From contig CAVPSJ010000019.1 in NCBI GenBank assembly GCA_963708295.1, positions 32,001 to 96,000 of the forward strand: a stretch of 64,000 bases of DNA, written 5' to 3'. Below, in pieces: positions 17,461 through 26,574 of this stretch (positions are counted from its first letter, which is position 1; each line of letters begins with the position of its first letter). Under the pieces are notes generated by a model. That model made no database searches. It was given only the letters and a program-made list of their open reading frames with translations, and had not been told where the DNA came from. Origin of the DNA: an uncultured delta proteobacterium. GTDB taxonomy: Bacteria > Desulfobacterota > BSN033 > UBA1163. The position numbers and the translations under genes are program-made.

Positions 17461-18663
17461 ATGAAAAAGGTAAAAACAAATTTTCTTCTCGTCCTCGTTC
17501 TTCTGAGTTTGACGACTGCTTTGAGCTGCACCCCTTTACGGAAAAAAGAGGCGCAGCTTCCACCGGAGGCCCTCAAACAGGTCCGCTTCTTCTTCCCCAA
17601 ATTCAGCGATGACATGGATCGTGAATCGCTGATCCAGGGCGTCACAAGAAATCTCGAATACCTGGATCGCCTCGCTCCTGAAACCATATTCCACTATGGG
17701 CCTCACGATTTCACCCGCCAGCAGGTGCGTGAGAGTCAGGAGGCTTTTCTGGATCTCCTGTCAGGAGGGCTTAATGCAGATCAATTGAGCAGCGAGATCA
17801 GAAGGAAGTTTCGGGTTTACCGGGCCACCGGCCGGAAGGGAAACGGGCGGGTGCTCTTCACCGGGTATTATGAGCCCCTTTACGAGGGGAGACTGGCTCG
17901 TGATGAAATCTTCAGGTACCCGCTTTACCGTCTGCCCGACGATCTGACCCGAATCGATCTGTCCCCCTTCGGCGAGAAATTCAAGGGAGAAACCATTGTC
18001 GCAAGAATCGACGGCAAGAAAGTCCAGCCTTACTTCTCCAGGCTTCAAATCGAGGGAGAAAAGAGGCTGGAGGGAAAGGGCCTTGAGATGGCATGGCTGA
18101 AGGATCCCCTCGACGTGTTTTTTCTCCACATCCAGGGATCAGGCAGGGTGAGGCTCCCTGAGGGAAAAGAGTTTTTGGTTCACTACCAGGCCTCGAACGG
18201 CAGGCCCTACCGGAGCATCGGACAGTACATGATCGAGAAAGGGTTTCTCGCCCGTGAAGAAATGTCCATGCAGGCGATGCGAAAGTACTTGACCGAGCAT
18301 CCGGAGGTTCGCGACGAGGTTCTCAATCAAAACCCCTCTTACATTTTCTTCCGCCAGGTGGAGACAGGACCTTGGGGCAGTCTCGGCGTCCTCCTGACTC
18401 CCGGAAGGTCAATCGCCCTGGATCCCAGGCTTTTTCCAAAGGGTGCCCTCGGGTTCATTTCAAGCCAGAAACCTCTCGTCACCGATCAGGGAGAGATCAC
18501 GGGGTGGGTTGAATTCTCCCGTTTTGTCTTACACCAGGACTCAGGCGGGGCGATCAAAGGAGCCGGAAGGGCAGACATCTTTTGGGGAAGCGGCCCGTAC
18601 GCCGAGGTGACCGCAGGCCACCTTCAACAGGAGGGCGACCTTTACATCCTCATCAAGAAGTAG
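17461..18663 (+). CDS. mltA: Membrane-bound lytic murein transglycosylase A (lipoprotein)
   Basis: Lipobox ALSC, FTGYYEP, FFLHIQGSG, NPSYIFF, QDSGGAIKGAGRADIFWG. Confidence 0.92.
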   Translation: MKKVKTNFLLVLVLLSLTTALSCTPLRKKEAQLPPEALKQVRFFFPKFSDDMDRESLIQGVTRNLEYLDRLAPETIFHYGPHDFTRQQVRESQEAFLDLLSGGLNADQLSSEIRRKFRVYRATGRKGNGRVLFTGYYEPLYEGRLARDEIFRYPLYRLPDDLTRIDLSPFGEKFKGETIVARIDGKKVQPYFSRLQIEGEKRLEGKGLEMAWLKDPLDVFFLHIQGSGRVRLPEGKEFLVHYQASNGRPYRSIGQYMIEKGFLAREEMSMQAMRKYLTEHPEVRDEVLNQNPSYIFFRQVETGPWGSLGVLLTPGRSIALDPRLFPKGALGFISSQKPLVTDQGEITGWVEFSRFVLHQDSGGAIKGAGRADIFWGSGPYAEVTAGHLQQEGDLYILIKK

Positions 18664-18898
18664 CTCCGGAGGTCGTTCCTGAAGCGATGCTCTAATTCCC
18701 AGAGCCTCGTGAAAAGCCATCCAAGAATATTCTAAAATGGCTCCCTCTCCGCTTGCCCCCTTCTCCGTCCATAAGCATTGAATATCAAATCCTATCCGAG
18801 TATCATATAAACATGGGAATAGCGGGTTATTCGATTTTCGACCAGGACATCAGTGGGTTCGATGAAACCCTGAATCGACCACCCAAGGAGTGTGAGAG

Positions 18899-20839
18899 AT
18901 GCACCCAGAAGAGATGAAAATCAAAATAGATGAGATCAAAAAGAGGTATCCGAATAAGTTTGCCTCCGAGGAGAAAATATTTCGTCAGATCCGGCGAGGG
19001 GACAGGATCTTCCTGGGTACGGGGTGCGGCGGGCCCCAATATCTTATCCGGGCCCTGATCAACTACGTCGAGGCCCATCCGTTGGCTCTTTGCGATGCCG
19101 AAATACTCCAGGTGTGGACCCTCGGGGTGGCTCCCTACATCGATGAAAAATTCAGCCGCAATTTTCGGCATAATGGTTTCTTCGTTGGGACCAACACCCG
19201 CGACGCGGTGAACAAGGGCACGGCCGATTACACCCCCATTTTTCTATCGCAGGTTCCGGATCTCTTCCACCAGAGGATGATCCCGATAGACGTCGCTTTG
19301 ATCCAGACGTCGCATCCGGATGATCACGGCTACTTGCGATTGGGGGTGAGCGTCGATATTGTCAAAGCCGCCGTCGAGAATGCTTCCCTGGTGATCGCTC
19401 AGGTCAACTCGAACGTGCCCCACATCCAAGGAGACGGGTTTATCGGGATGGATGACGTTGACTTCATGATCCCCTTTGATGAACCCTTGCTGGAATACGA
19501 CGGAGAGACGGATAGTGCGATTGCCCAGCAAATTGGAAAGTACGTTTCGCGTCTGGTCCAGGATGGAGACACGATTCAGGTCGGATATGGGAGCGTGCCC
19601 AACGCGATTATCGCCAATCTGGACAACAAAAAACATCTCGGCGTACACACAGAGCTGCTGAGCGATGGTGTCGTAGAATTAATGAGAAAAGGGATGGTCG
19701 ACAACACCAAGAAAAATATCGACCGCGGGAAAACGGTCGCTTCATTCTGCATGGGCAAAAAAGAAACCTATGAATATATCCATCATAATCCTGCCGTAGA
19801 ATTCAGGACGATTGATTATACGAACAATCCCTTAGTCATCGCCCGACAGAATAACATGGTAGCCATTAATAGCGCCCTGGAGATCGACCTGACAGGACAG
19901 GCCACTGCAGAATCCATTGGAAAGTTTTTTTATAGCGGTATCGGGGGGCAGACCGACTTTATGAGAAGCGCGGTTCTGGCCCGTAATGGCAAAGCTATCC
20001 TCACCCTCCCCTCCACTGCGGAGAACGGAAAAGTTTCCAGGATCGTTCCATTTTTCAAAGAAGGAGCCGGGGTCACCCTGAATCGAGGCGACGTCCATTA
20101 TGTCGTCACAGAGTTTGGGATTGCTTATCTAAAGGGAAGGAACCTTCGCGAGCGTGCCATGGAATTGATATCGATTGCTCATCCAGCCTTTCGTCCCTGG
20201 CTGATTGAAGAGGCAAAACATTCATCCCTCATCTATAAAGATCAGGCCTTTATCGCGGGAAAGGAAGGGGAGTATCCTGAGAATCTGGAAACCTATCGGA
20301 CCACAAAGGCCGGATTGGAGATCTTTTTGAGGCCCGTGAAAATAAGCGATGAGCCCTTAGTGAAAGACTTCTTCCATCGTTTTTCGAGTGATAGTCTCTA
20401 TCGACGTTTTTTTTCCAGATGGCCGGATCTCCCGCACGATTTCTTGCAGAAATTTGTGATTATTGACTATACGAAAAAAATGGTGATTCTTGCGGTAAAC
20501 CAGAAAGGGGAAAAAGAAGAAGTCATAGGGATCGGACAGTATTGGATCGAGGAGACCGCCCACACCGCAGATGTTGCCCTGGCTATCCGGGACGACTATC
20601 AAAATAAGGGAGTCGGATATCAACTCTTCTCTTACATCACCTATCTGGCAAAGAAGCAGGGGCTTCTCGGGTTCACGGCAAGCATCCTGATGGAGAATGA
20701 TCCGATGCTCCGTCTCTGCCGGAAGATGGGCTTTCACATCGAGAAGACGGGAAGCGCGGGCGTGTACGATCTAAAGATGGCATTCAGAGCAGACGCACCT
20801 CTCGAAACCGTTGACAAAAGAGCCGCTCTGGGGGAATGA
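18899..20839 (+). CDS. Acetyl-CoA hydrolase/CoA-transferase fused to a C-terminal GNAT domain
   Basis: QVGYG, HTE, DLTGQ, SGIGGQTDF, VVTEFG, IAHP; C-terminal DDYQNKGVG GNAT motif A. Confidence 0.9.
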   Translation: MHPEEMKIKIDEIKKRYPNKFASEEKIFRQIRRGDRIFLGTGCGGPQYLIRALINYVEAHPLALCDAEILQVWTLGVAPYIDEKFSRNFRHNGFFVGTNTRDAVNKGTADYTPIFLSQVPDLFHQRMIPIDVALIQTSHPDDHGYLRLGVSVDIVKAAVENASLVIAQVNSNVPHIQGDGFIGMDDVDFMIPFDEPLLEYDGETDSAIAQQIGKYVSRLVQDGDTIQVGYGSVPNAIIANLDNKKHLGVHTELLSDGVVELMRKGMVDNTKKNIDRGKTVASFCMGKKETYEYIHHNPAVEFRTIDYTNNPLVIARQNNMVAINSALEIDLTGQATAESIGKFFYSGIGGQTDFMRSAVLARNGKAILTLPSTAENGKVSRIVPFFKEGAGVTLNRGDVHYVVTEFGIAYLKGRNLRERAMELISIAHPAFRPWLIEEAKHSSLIYKDQAFIAGKEGEYPENLETYRTTKAGLEIFLRPVKISDEPLVKDFFHRFSSDSLYRRFFSRWPDLPHDFLQKFVIIDYTKKMVILAVNQKGEKEEVIGIGQYWIEETAHTADVALAIRDDYQNKGVGYQLFSYITYLAKKQGLLGFTASILMENDPMLRLCRKMGFHIEKTGSAGVYDLKMAFRADAPLETVDKRAALGE

Positions 20840-21540
20840 AAAGACGGGCAGTGGACCACCCCAAAATCTTTGACCTTCTGAAACTACGTAACCGAATCCG
20901 GGTATTTCGGGACAGGGCCTCGGCAGGCAAGGTGCTCGCAGGCATGCTCGAGGAATTCCGGAGCAGCCATGCCATGGTGATGGGTATTCCAGCCGGAGGC
21001 ATTGCCGTCGCTGTTGCGATTGCACGAGAGTTACATCTTCCTTTGGACATCGCCGCTGTGAGTAAGATCACCCTGCCCTGGAACTCAGAAGCCGGTTACG
21101 GCGCTGTCGCCTTTGATGGGACGGTGATGCTGAATGAAGACCTTTTGTCACGGTTGAACCTCAGCGAACAGGAAATCCAAACAGGAATTAAAAAGACAGA
21201 GCAAAAGGTCTCCCGGCGAGTGACGATGTTCAGGGGGGACCGCCCCCTGCCCGATTTCAAGCGTCCGATCCTTCTGGTGGACGATGGGCTGGCTTCCGGA
21301 TTCACGCTCCGTGTCGCCATTAAAGCCTTACGCCGGAACGGTGCCACGAATCTCATCCTCGCCATCCCCACCGCCCATTCAGAGTCCGTGCAGATGATTT
21401 TGGAAGAGATTGAAGCGATTTACTGTCCCAACTTAAGAAGCGGCCTCTCCTTTGCTGTGGCCGACGCCTATGAAGAGTGGAGCGATTTGGACGAGCAGGA
21501 AGTCATTCGAATCCTCCAAGAATTTACCTCGGGTAATTAA
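20836..21540 (+). CDS. Phosphoribosyltransferase-family protein
   Basis: FRDRASAG, GIPAGG, LLVDDGLASGFT PRPP-binding loop. Confidence 0.9.
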   Translation: MKRRAVDHPKIFDLLKLRNRIRVFRDRASAGKVLAGMLEEFRSSHAMVMGIPAGGIAVAVAIARELHLPLDIAAVSKITLPWNSEAGYGAVAFDGTVMLNEDLLSRLNLSEQEIQTGIKKTEQKVSRRVTMFRGDRPLPDFKRPILLVDDGLASGFTLRVAIKALRRNGATNLILAIPTAHSESVQMILEEIEAIYCPNLRSGLSFAVADAYEEWSDLDEQEVIRILQEFTSGN

Positions 21541-21632
21541 CGCCCCATTCTATTGAAGTCCAAGAAAGGATGTTATAATAGGGTCGTTTATCCCTTTATG
21601 GAAATCCGGGTTGCAAACGGTTAATCTCTTTC

Positions 21633-22769
21633 ATGCTGAGAACCAAATTCCATGACATTTTTCAAACAAAGCTGCCCATCATCCAGGCTGGAATGGGCCC
21701 TTATGATACCACCCTGCTTGCTGGCGCGGTCTCCAAAGCGGGAGGGATAGGGCTCATCTCGACGGTTGGCATGGGTTCCTTTGACATCCCTAGCCTCGGA
21801 CAGTTCCACTACTCGGCCATATTTGGCGAAGGTACTCCTGAAGAGCGTCTGGAGCGTTCTATAAACCATGTTCTGGCTGCAACTGAAGAAGCCCCGTGGG
21901 CCCGGTTTGGGGTCAATGTCCCGGTTTCAGAAGAATTTATCCCCACCGCTTCCAGATTAATCCGCTATGTTATGAGCAGAGTCAAAAGCGACCCTATCGC
22001 TAAAGAAAAAGTGAAAGTGATAGTGACTTCCGCGGGCGATCCCTTACCGTGGTCTAAATTTCCCGGATCCAAGAGAGTTGCAGAATCCATTGCCATTAAA
22101 GATGAGAACCCTGACATCATGTGGGTCCATGTCGTGCCGTCGGTCAGGGCAGCATTACGGTGCGTCAAAGCCGGTGTCGATGTGATCGTGGCGTCGGGCC
22201 GTGAAGGAGGAGCCCACTGCAGCTGGCGAGATACGAGTACGATGGTCCTTCTCCCAGAAGTCGTTAAGCGTGTTTCCCCCACTCCGGTGGTTGCGGCGGG
22301 TGGATTTGCGGACGGAGTCTCAATGGCTGCAGCCTTTGCTATGGGGGCCATCGGAGTCCAGATGGGAACCCGGTTTATCGCGACAACAGAAAGCGACTTT
22401 GAGCAAGTTTGGAAAGACTTGGTCGTTAAAAGCACGGAAGAGGATGCCCTGGTGGCCCGGGGATTTTTCGGACCGATGCGGTTCTTAAGAAACCGCCGCG
22501 CCCTGGAATTGGTCGATGCCACGATACGCGGAACACCGGACCTCTATAAGGGCAATCCATGTGGGTCGACCCAGGAGCTCCTCGAATTAGAAATTGGCGG
22601 ATTGAATAATCTCTTCCAGGGCAAAATCGATGAGGCTGCTGTTTTAGGGGGAGCCGTGGCTGGACGTGTCCACGACATTCCTTCGGTGCAAGAACTTTGT
22701 GACCGGATCATGAAAGAAGCCGAGGCCACGATCAGAAACCTTAGATCCTTGCTGGTCCAAAAGGAATAA
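21633..22769 (+). CDS. Nitronate monooxygenase/FabK-like FMN enzyme
   Basis: PIIQAGMG, GREGGAH, VVAAGGFADG, GVQMGTRF. Confidence 0.88.
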   Translation: MLRTKFHDIFQTKLPIIQAGMGPYDTTLLAGAVSKAGGIGLISTVGMGSFDIPSLGQFHYSAIFGEGTPEERLERSINHVLAATEEAPWARFGVNVPVSEEFIPTASRLIRYVMSRVKSDPIAKEKVKVIVTSAGDPLPWSKFPGSKRVAESIAIKDENPDIMWVHVVPSVRAALRCVKAGVDVIVASGREGGAHCSWRDTSTMVLLPEVVKRVSPTPVVAAGGFADGVSMAAAFAMGAIGVQMGTRFIATTESDFEQVWKDLVVKSTEEDALVARGFFGPMRFLRNRRALELVDATIRGTPDLYKGNPCGSTQELLELEIGGLNNLFQGKIDEAAVLGGAVAGRVHDIPSVQELCDRIMKEAEATIRNLRSLLVQKE

Positions 22770-22796
22770 AGACTCCTAAATAGATACAAAAGCCTT

Positions 22797-22896
22797 GTAG
22801 GGGACGCATATATGCGTTCCCTGCTGTGCCGTCGAGACGATGAGGCGGCCGGATGATCCCGCGAAGCGCGGGACAGATGGGTGTTTTTCAGCAGCC
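22797..22896. repeat. GTAG-tagged REP palindrome followed by a MITE right end
   Basis: gtaggggacgcatatatgcgttccctgc; atcccgcgaagcgcggga; cagatgggtgtttttcagcagcc. Confidence 0.65.
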
Positions 22897-22907
22897 TAGT
22901 CATTCCC

Positions 22908-23941
22908 GTGAATGCCATTCTTGACTTGGGTATCGATTTCATCGCCGGACTTCAAGCCAGCGCTCCATGGCTTGAAGCTCCGTCCCGGTTCTTCAGCTCC
23001 CTGGGCACTGAAGAGTTCTACCTGCTCATTCTGCCCTTCCTCTACTGGTGTGTGGATGTCCGCCTGGGCCTGCGCATCAGTGTCATCTTGAGCATGTCCG
23101 AGAGCCTCAACAGTTTTTTCAAATTCGTCTTTCACCAGGCCCGGCCCTACTGGGTGAGCGATAAAGTGCGGGCGATCAAACCCGAAGCTTCATACGGCCT
23201 TCCGTCCGGCCATGCTCAACACGCCGTGACTGTCTGGGGATCAATGGCTGCACAAGGCAAGGGCTGGCTGCGCTGGCTGATGGCGGCGCTCATTTTTCTC
23301 ATCGGCTTTTCGCGCATCGCCCTTGCGCTTCACTTTCCAACGGATGTGCTGGCCGGTTGGTTGATCGGCGGCGTGATCCTGTGGGCATTCGTGAAATGGG
23401 AAACGGCCGTGATGGCCTGGTTCAATCGCTTCACACAGGTACAGAAAATCGGCCTGGCCTTTGCTGCCTCGATGCTGCTGCTCATCATCTCGCTGGTTGG
23501 ACTGGCCTTCGTGCCCCTTCCTGACACGCCTCAATCGGGGTCTGCTGCCGCACGGGCCTTTTCGCTTGCACCGGACAAATCAGCCATCTGGGCACGTGCC
23601 GCAGCAGGCACGGTCGGCGTCGCGGGACGTTTTTTGGTCTTGTGGCCGGAGCCATCCTGATCTTTCAGCGAGGCGGATTTGACCCGCGCGGCACGTGGTC
23701 GAAACGCCTTATGCGCTTTGCACTGGGCATGATCGGCGTAGCAATCCTATGGTTCGGACTGCGCATGGTATTCCCCCGTGACGCATCGTTCGTTTCTCAA
23801 GTGCTTCGTTACCTACGCTGCGCCCTCACCGGCTTCTGGGTCGCCTACGCCGCCCCATGGGTGTTCATCGAATTAGGGCTACAAAACAGTACTAATGTTC
23901 CCGGGCAACCCGCACCAACCCTCCCTGCCGCAATATTTTGA
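22908..23941 (+). CDS. PAP2-family membrane phosphatase; frameshift at ~23635
   Basis: K.....RP, PSGH, SRIAL..HFPTDV motifs; C-terminal TM helices continue in the 23642-23941 frame. Confidence 0.8.
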
Positions 23942-24079
23942 CCGGCCGATTTTTAGGAAAATGAGGATAACTTCCTATAATTCATTTTTGACATTCCCTA
24001 CCAAAAAGTGTAGATTTCATCCCGCTATACGTTGATTTCGAGTACCTTTTTTATATCTTTACTCAATCGACTTATTTGT

Positions 24080-24108
24080 TTGACAGAGCCAATGGCTATT
24101 GATATAGG
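24080..24108 (+). promoter_or_regulatory. Sigma70-type promoter ahead of the riboswitch
   Basis: TTGACA-17nt-TATAGG; a second TTGACA-17-TAGATT lies at 23988-24016. Confidence 0.45.
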
Positions 24109-24122
24109 TATTACTGAAAATA

Positions 24123-24217
24123 GCTCACCCGGTAAAGCTAAACCCTTCGTGAGAAGAGGGGCAAAAGCATGGGTCTATTAATCAAGAGATTTCCAAGCTG
24201 CCTTTCGTACCGGTAGC
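24123..24217 (+). promoter_or_regulatory. c-di-GMP-I (GEMM-I)-like riboswitch, variant
   Basis: GCTAAAC-CCTTC-GTGA-GAAG...AAAGC...GGGTCT...AGAT...GCTGCC layout with GNRA loop; closing stem ccggta/taccgg; located in a 5' UTR. Confidence 0.65.
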
Positions 24218-24248
24218 CTTACATTAGGTCTCAGAGAGGAGGTTAGAT

Positions 24249-26246
24249 ATGAAAACCAGAAAGAAGTTGCTCATAATGGTTGGGGCTTTTCTATTTTTCT
24301 TAGGCCTATACACGTTTAGCGGTTACACTGCGTTTGCGGCACAGAATGGGGTTACGCCAGGAGAGTTTGTTGTTGAACCTTCAACTCTTATTAGCCTTGG
24401 GTTTGAATGGTATATCCAAGGTGATGATAACCGTAATGGAACAGTGGAGGTTTGGTATAATAAAAAGGGGGAGGGTAATCGGAAAAAGGCATTGCCTCTT
24501 GTTCGCATCAAAAATGAAGTATCGAAGAGCAGATATGGGAGGTTTAACACGACGGTCGGGGAGTGGAATTATGTCGCTCCAAACATGTTTGCTGGGAGCA
24601 TATTCGATTTGGAGCCTGATACAGAGTATGAATGCCTTTTTGTTATGTCAGATCCGGACGGCGTCACTGGGAACCCGTCCCAAAAGGTAAGTGTCCGTAC
24701 CCGCGCCGAGCCAAAACCTTTCGCAGGTGGAAACATTTATCATGTATATCCCCTTGAATATAAGGGTCCCAAACTACAGCCGGCCTTTACAGGGCTACTG
24801 GATGCTTATTACACTGGTTATGCCCATTATGATTGGAACAAAGCTTCCCCACCCCGTGTGGTGCCAGGCGATTCTATCCTGATACATGCGGGCGTTTACA
24901 AAGATGATCGATTTCGCTACTTATTTGGTTATGGTGATGTCTTTGATGGAACATACTATTTAACTGCCAGCGGAACAGCCGAAAAGCCAATTGCGATAAA
25001 GGCTGCAGGTGACGGGGAGGTCATTTTCGATGGCGGTGGCTGTCACAATCTCTTCAATGTTATGGGCGCAAATTATAATTACTTTGAGGGCCTTACCATC
25101 CGTAACACCAATGTCGCTTTTTGGGCAGGGATTAAGAATGTAGGTGGTTCTAGTGGCTTGACAGTCAAGAGATGCCGCTTTGAAGATGTCGGCGCAGGCG
25201 TCTGGACTGAGTATTCAGGATCAAAGAACTTTTATATCGCTGACAACGTGATGATCGGAAGGGAAGACCCGGGTTATCTGATGGGATGGATTAGTCCACC
25301 ATGGGATAAACTCCCCGGCTATCCCGCCCCGTTAACCTCTTACTTTGGGGTTAAGGTCTACGGGTCGGGTCACGTTGTTTGCTACAATTACGTTACCCGT
25401 TTCCATGATGGAATAACCTTTGATACATATGGATTGCCGGATGGCTATCCAAATGTACCACGGGACAGGATGCCTGTTTCAAATGACTTCTACAATAACG
25501 ACCTTTCTCATTTTGCCGACAATTGTATGGAAGCCGATGGTTCGATGCACAACATGCGTGTCTTCCGCAACCGTTGTATGAACAGCACTCAACAGGCTAC
25601 GAGCAATCAGCCCACCTTCGCCGGACCAACGTATCATATTCGGAATATCACGTACAATAACTGGAATGGGTCAGTAAAATGGCATTACTCGCAAGGTGGG
25701 ATTTATTATCACAATACATTCTGTTCTGGTGCAACCGTTCTAAGTACAGGGGGAAGTACTCCGGGTGCAAACTTCCATTTCCGGAATAACCTCATTCTTG
25801 GACAGAATCCGTCTGGAACAGTTTTCGAAATGGGGACCTTTACTAATTACTCGACATCCGACTATAACGGGTTCCGTCCCAACGATAAGGCACAGTATTC
25901 TTTCCAATGGGATTCTCCCCCGTTTAACATCTCAGCGGACTACATCAACCCACTGGCGGTACGCCAGTTTCCAACGCTTGCGGCATACAGTCAAGGCACA
26001 GGTCAAGACGCTCATAGCATCCTGGTGGATTGGGATATATTTACAAAGGTATCACCGATAGATTATTCCAATCCCCGATTGGTTTATAATCCTGCGAACT
26101 ATGATTTTACGCTTAAACCAAATGCCAAAGCAGTTGACGCTGGAGCTATCCTTCCCAACGTCAGTGATAATTTTACGGGGAAAGCACCAGATCTTGGGGC
26201 CTTAGAGGTTGGGTTACCCATGCCTCATTATGGACCCCGACCGTGA
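24249..26246 (+). CDS. Exported right-handed beta-helix (pectin lyase-like) protein with N-terminal FN3-like domain
   Basis: Signal peptide (AFA), GSIFDLEPDTEY, PGD.I.IHAGVY, Asn-rich repeats, C-terminal APDLGALE. Confidence 0.85.
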   Translation: MKTRKKLLIMVGAFLFFLGLYTFSGYTAFAAQNGVTPGEFVVEPSTLISLGFEWYIQGDDNRNGTVEVWYNKKGEGNRKKALPLVRIKNEVSKSRYGRFNTTVGEWNYVAPNMFAGSIFDLEPDTEYECLFVMSDPDGVTGNPSQKVSVRTRAEPKPFAGGNIYHVYPLEYKGPKLQPAFTGLLDAYYTGYAHYDWNKASPPRVVPGDSILIHAGVYKDDRFRYLFGYGDVFDGTYYLTASGTAEKPIAIKAAGDGEVIFDGGGCHNLFNVMGANYNYFEGLTIRNTNVAFWAGIKNVGGSSGLTVKRCRFEDVGAGVWTEYSGSKNFYIADNVMIGREDPGYLMGWISPPWDKLPGYPAPLTSYFGVKVYGSGHVVCYNYVTRFHDGITFDTYGLPDGYPNVPRDRMPVSNDFYNNDLSHFADNCMEADGSMHNMRVFRNRCMNSTQQATSNQPTFAGPTYHIRNITYNNWNGSVKWHYSQGGIYYHNTFCSGATVLSTGGSTPGANFHFRNNLILGQNPSGTVFEMGTFTNYSTSDYNGFRPNDKAQYSFQWDSPPFNISADYINPLAVRQFPTLAAYSQGTGQDAHSILVDWDIFTKVSPIDYSNPRLVYNPANYDFTLKPNAKAVDAGAILPNVSDNFTGKAPDLGALEVGLPMPHYGPRP

Positions 26247-26269
26247 TTTATCTAGAATGAATTATGGAC

Positions 26270-26303
26270 AAGGGCAGAGCCAGAAATGGCTCTGCCCTTT
26301 TTT
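26270..26303 (+). terminator. Intrinsic terminator
   Basis: aagggcagagcca-gaaa-tggctctgccc followed by a T run. Confidence 0.85.
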
Positions 26304-26574
26304 CTTCCGAAGAGTACTTCCTGTAGTCCCCAAGTCAACAATCTATATCTCCATACTAGATTTCAAATAATAATCCTTCAAAGATTATTTTCAAACCCCA
26401 TTTGTGATCTCAAATCTCCGTCCTCCATTATTGCCATTGGGAATAGGCCTCTTTATGACATGGTCAGGCATTATTTTATTGAATACACTTGAACTAGGAT
26501 ATCAAATAGCTTAAAGAAAGAAGAAAGTTTCTCTATCAAAGGGTACCATCACAAAAAGAAAAGGAGCCCCTCAA

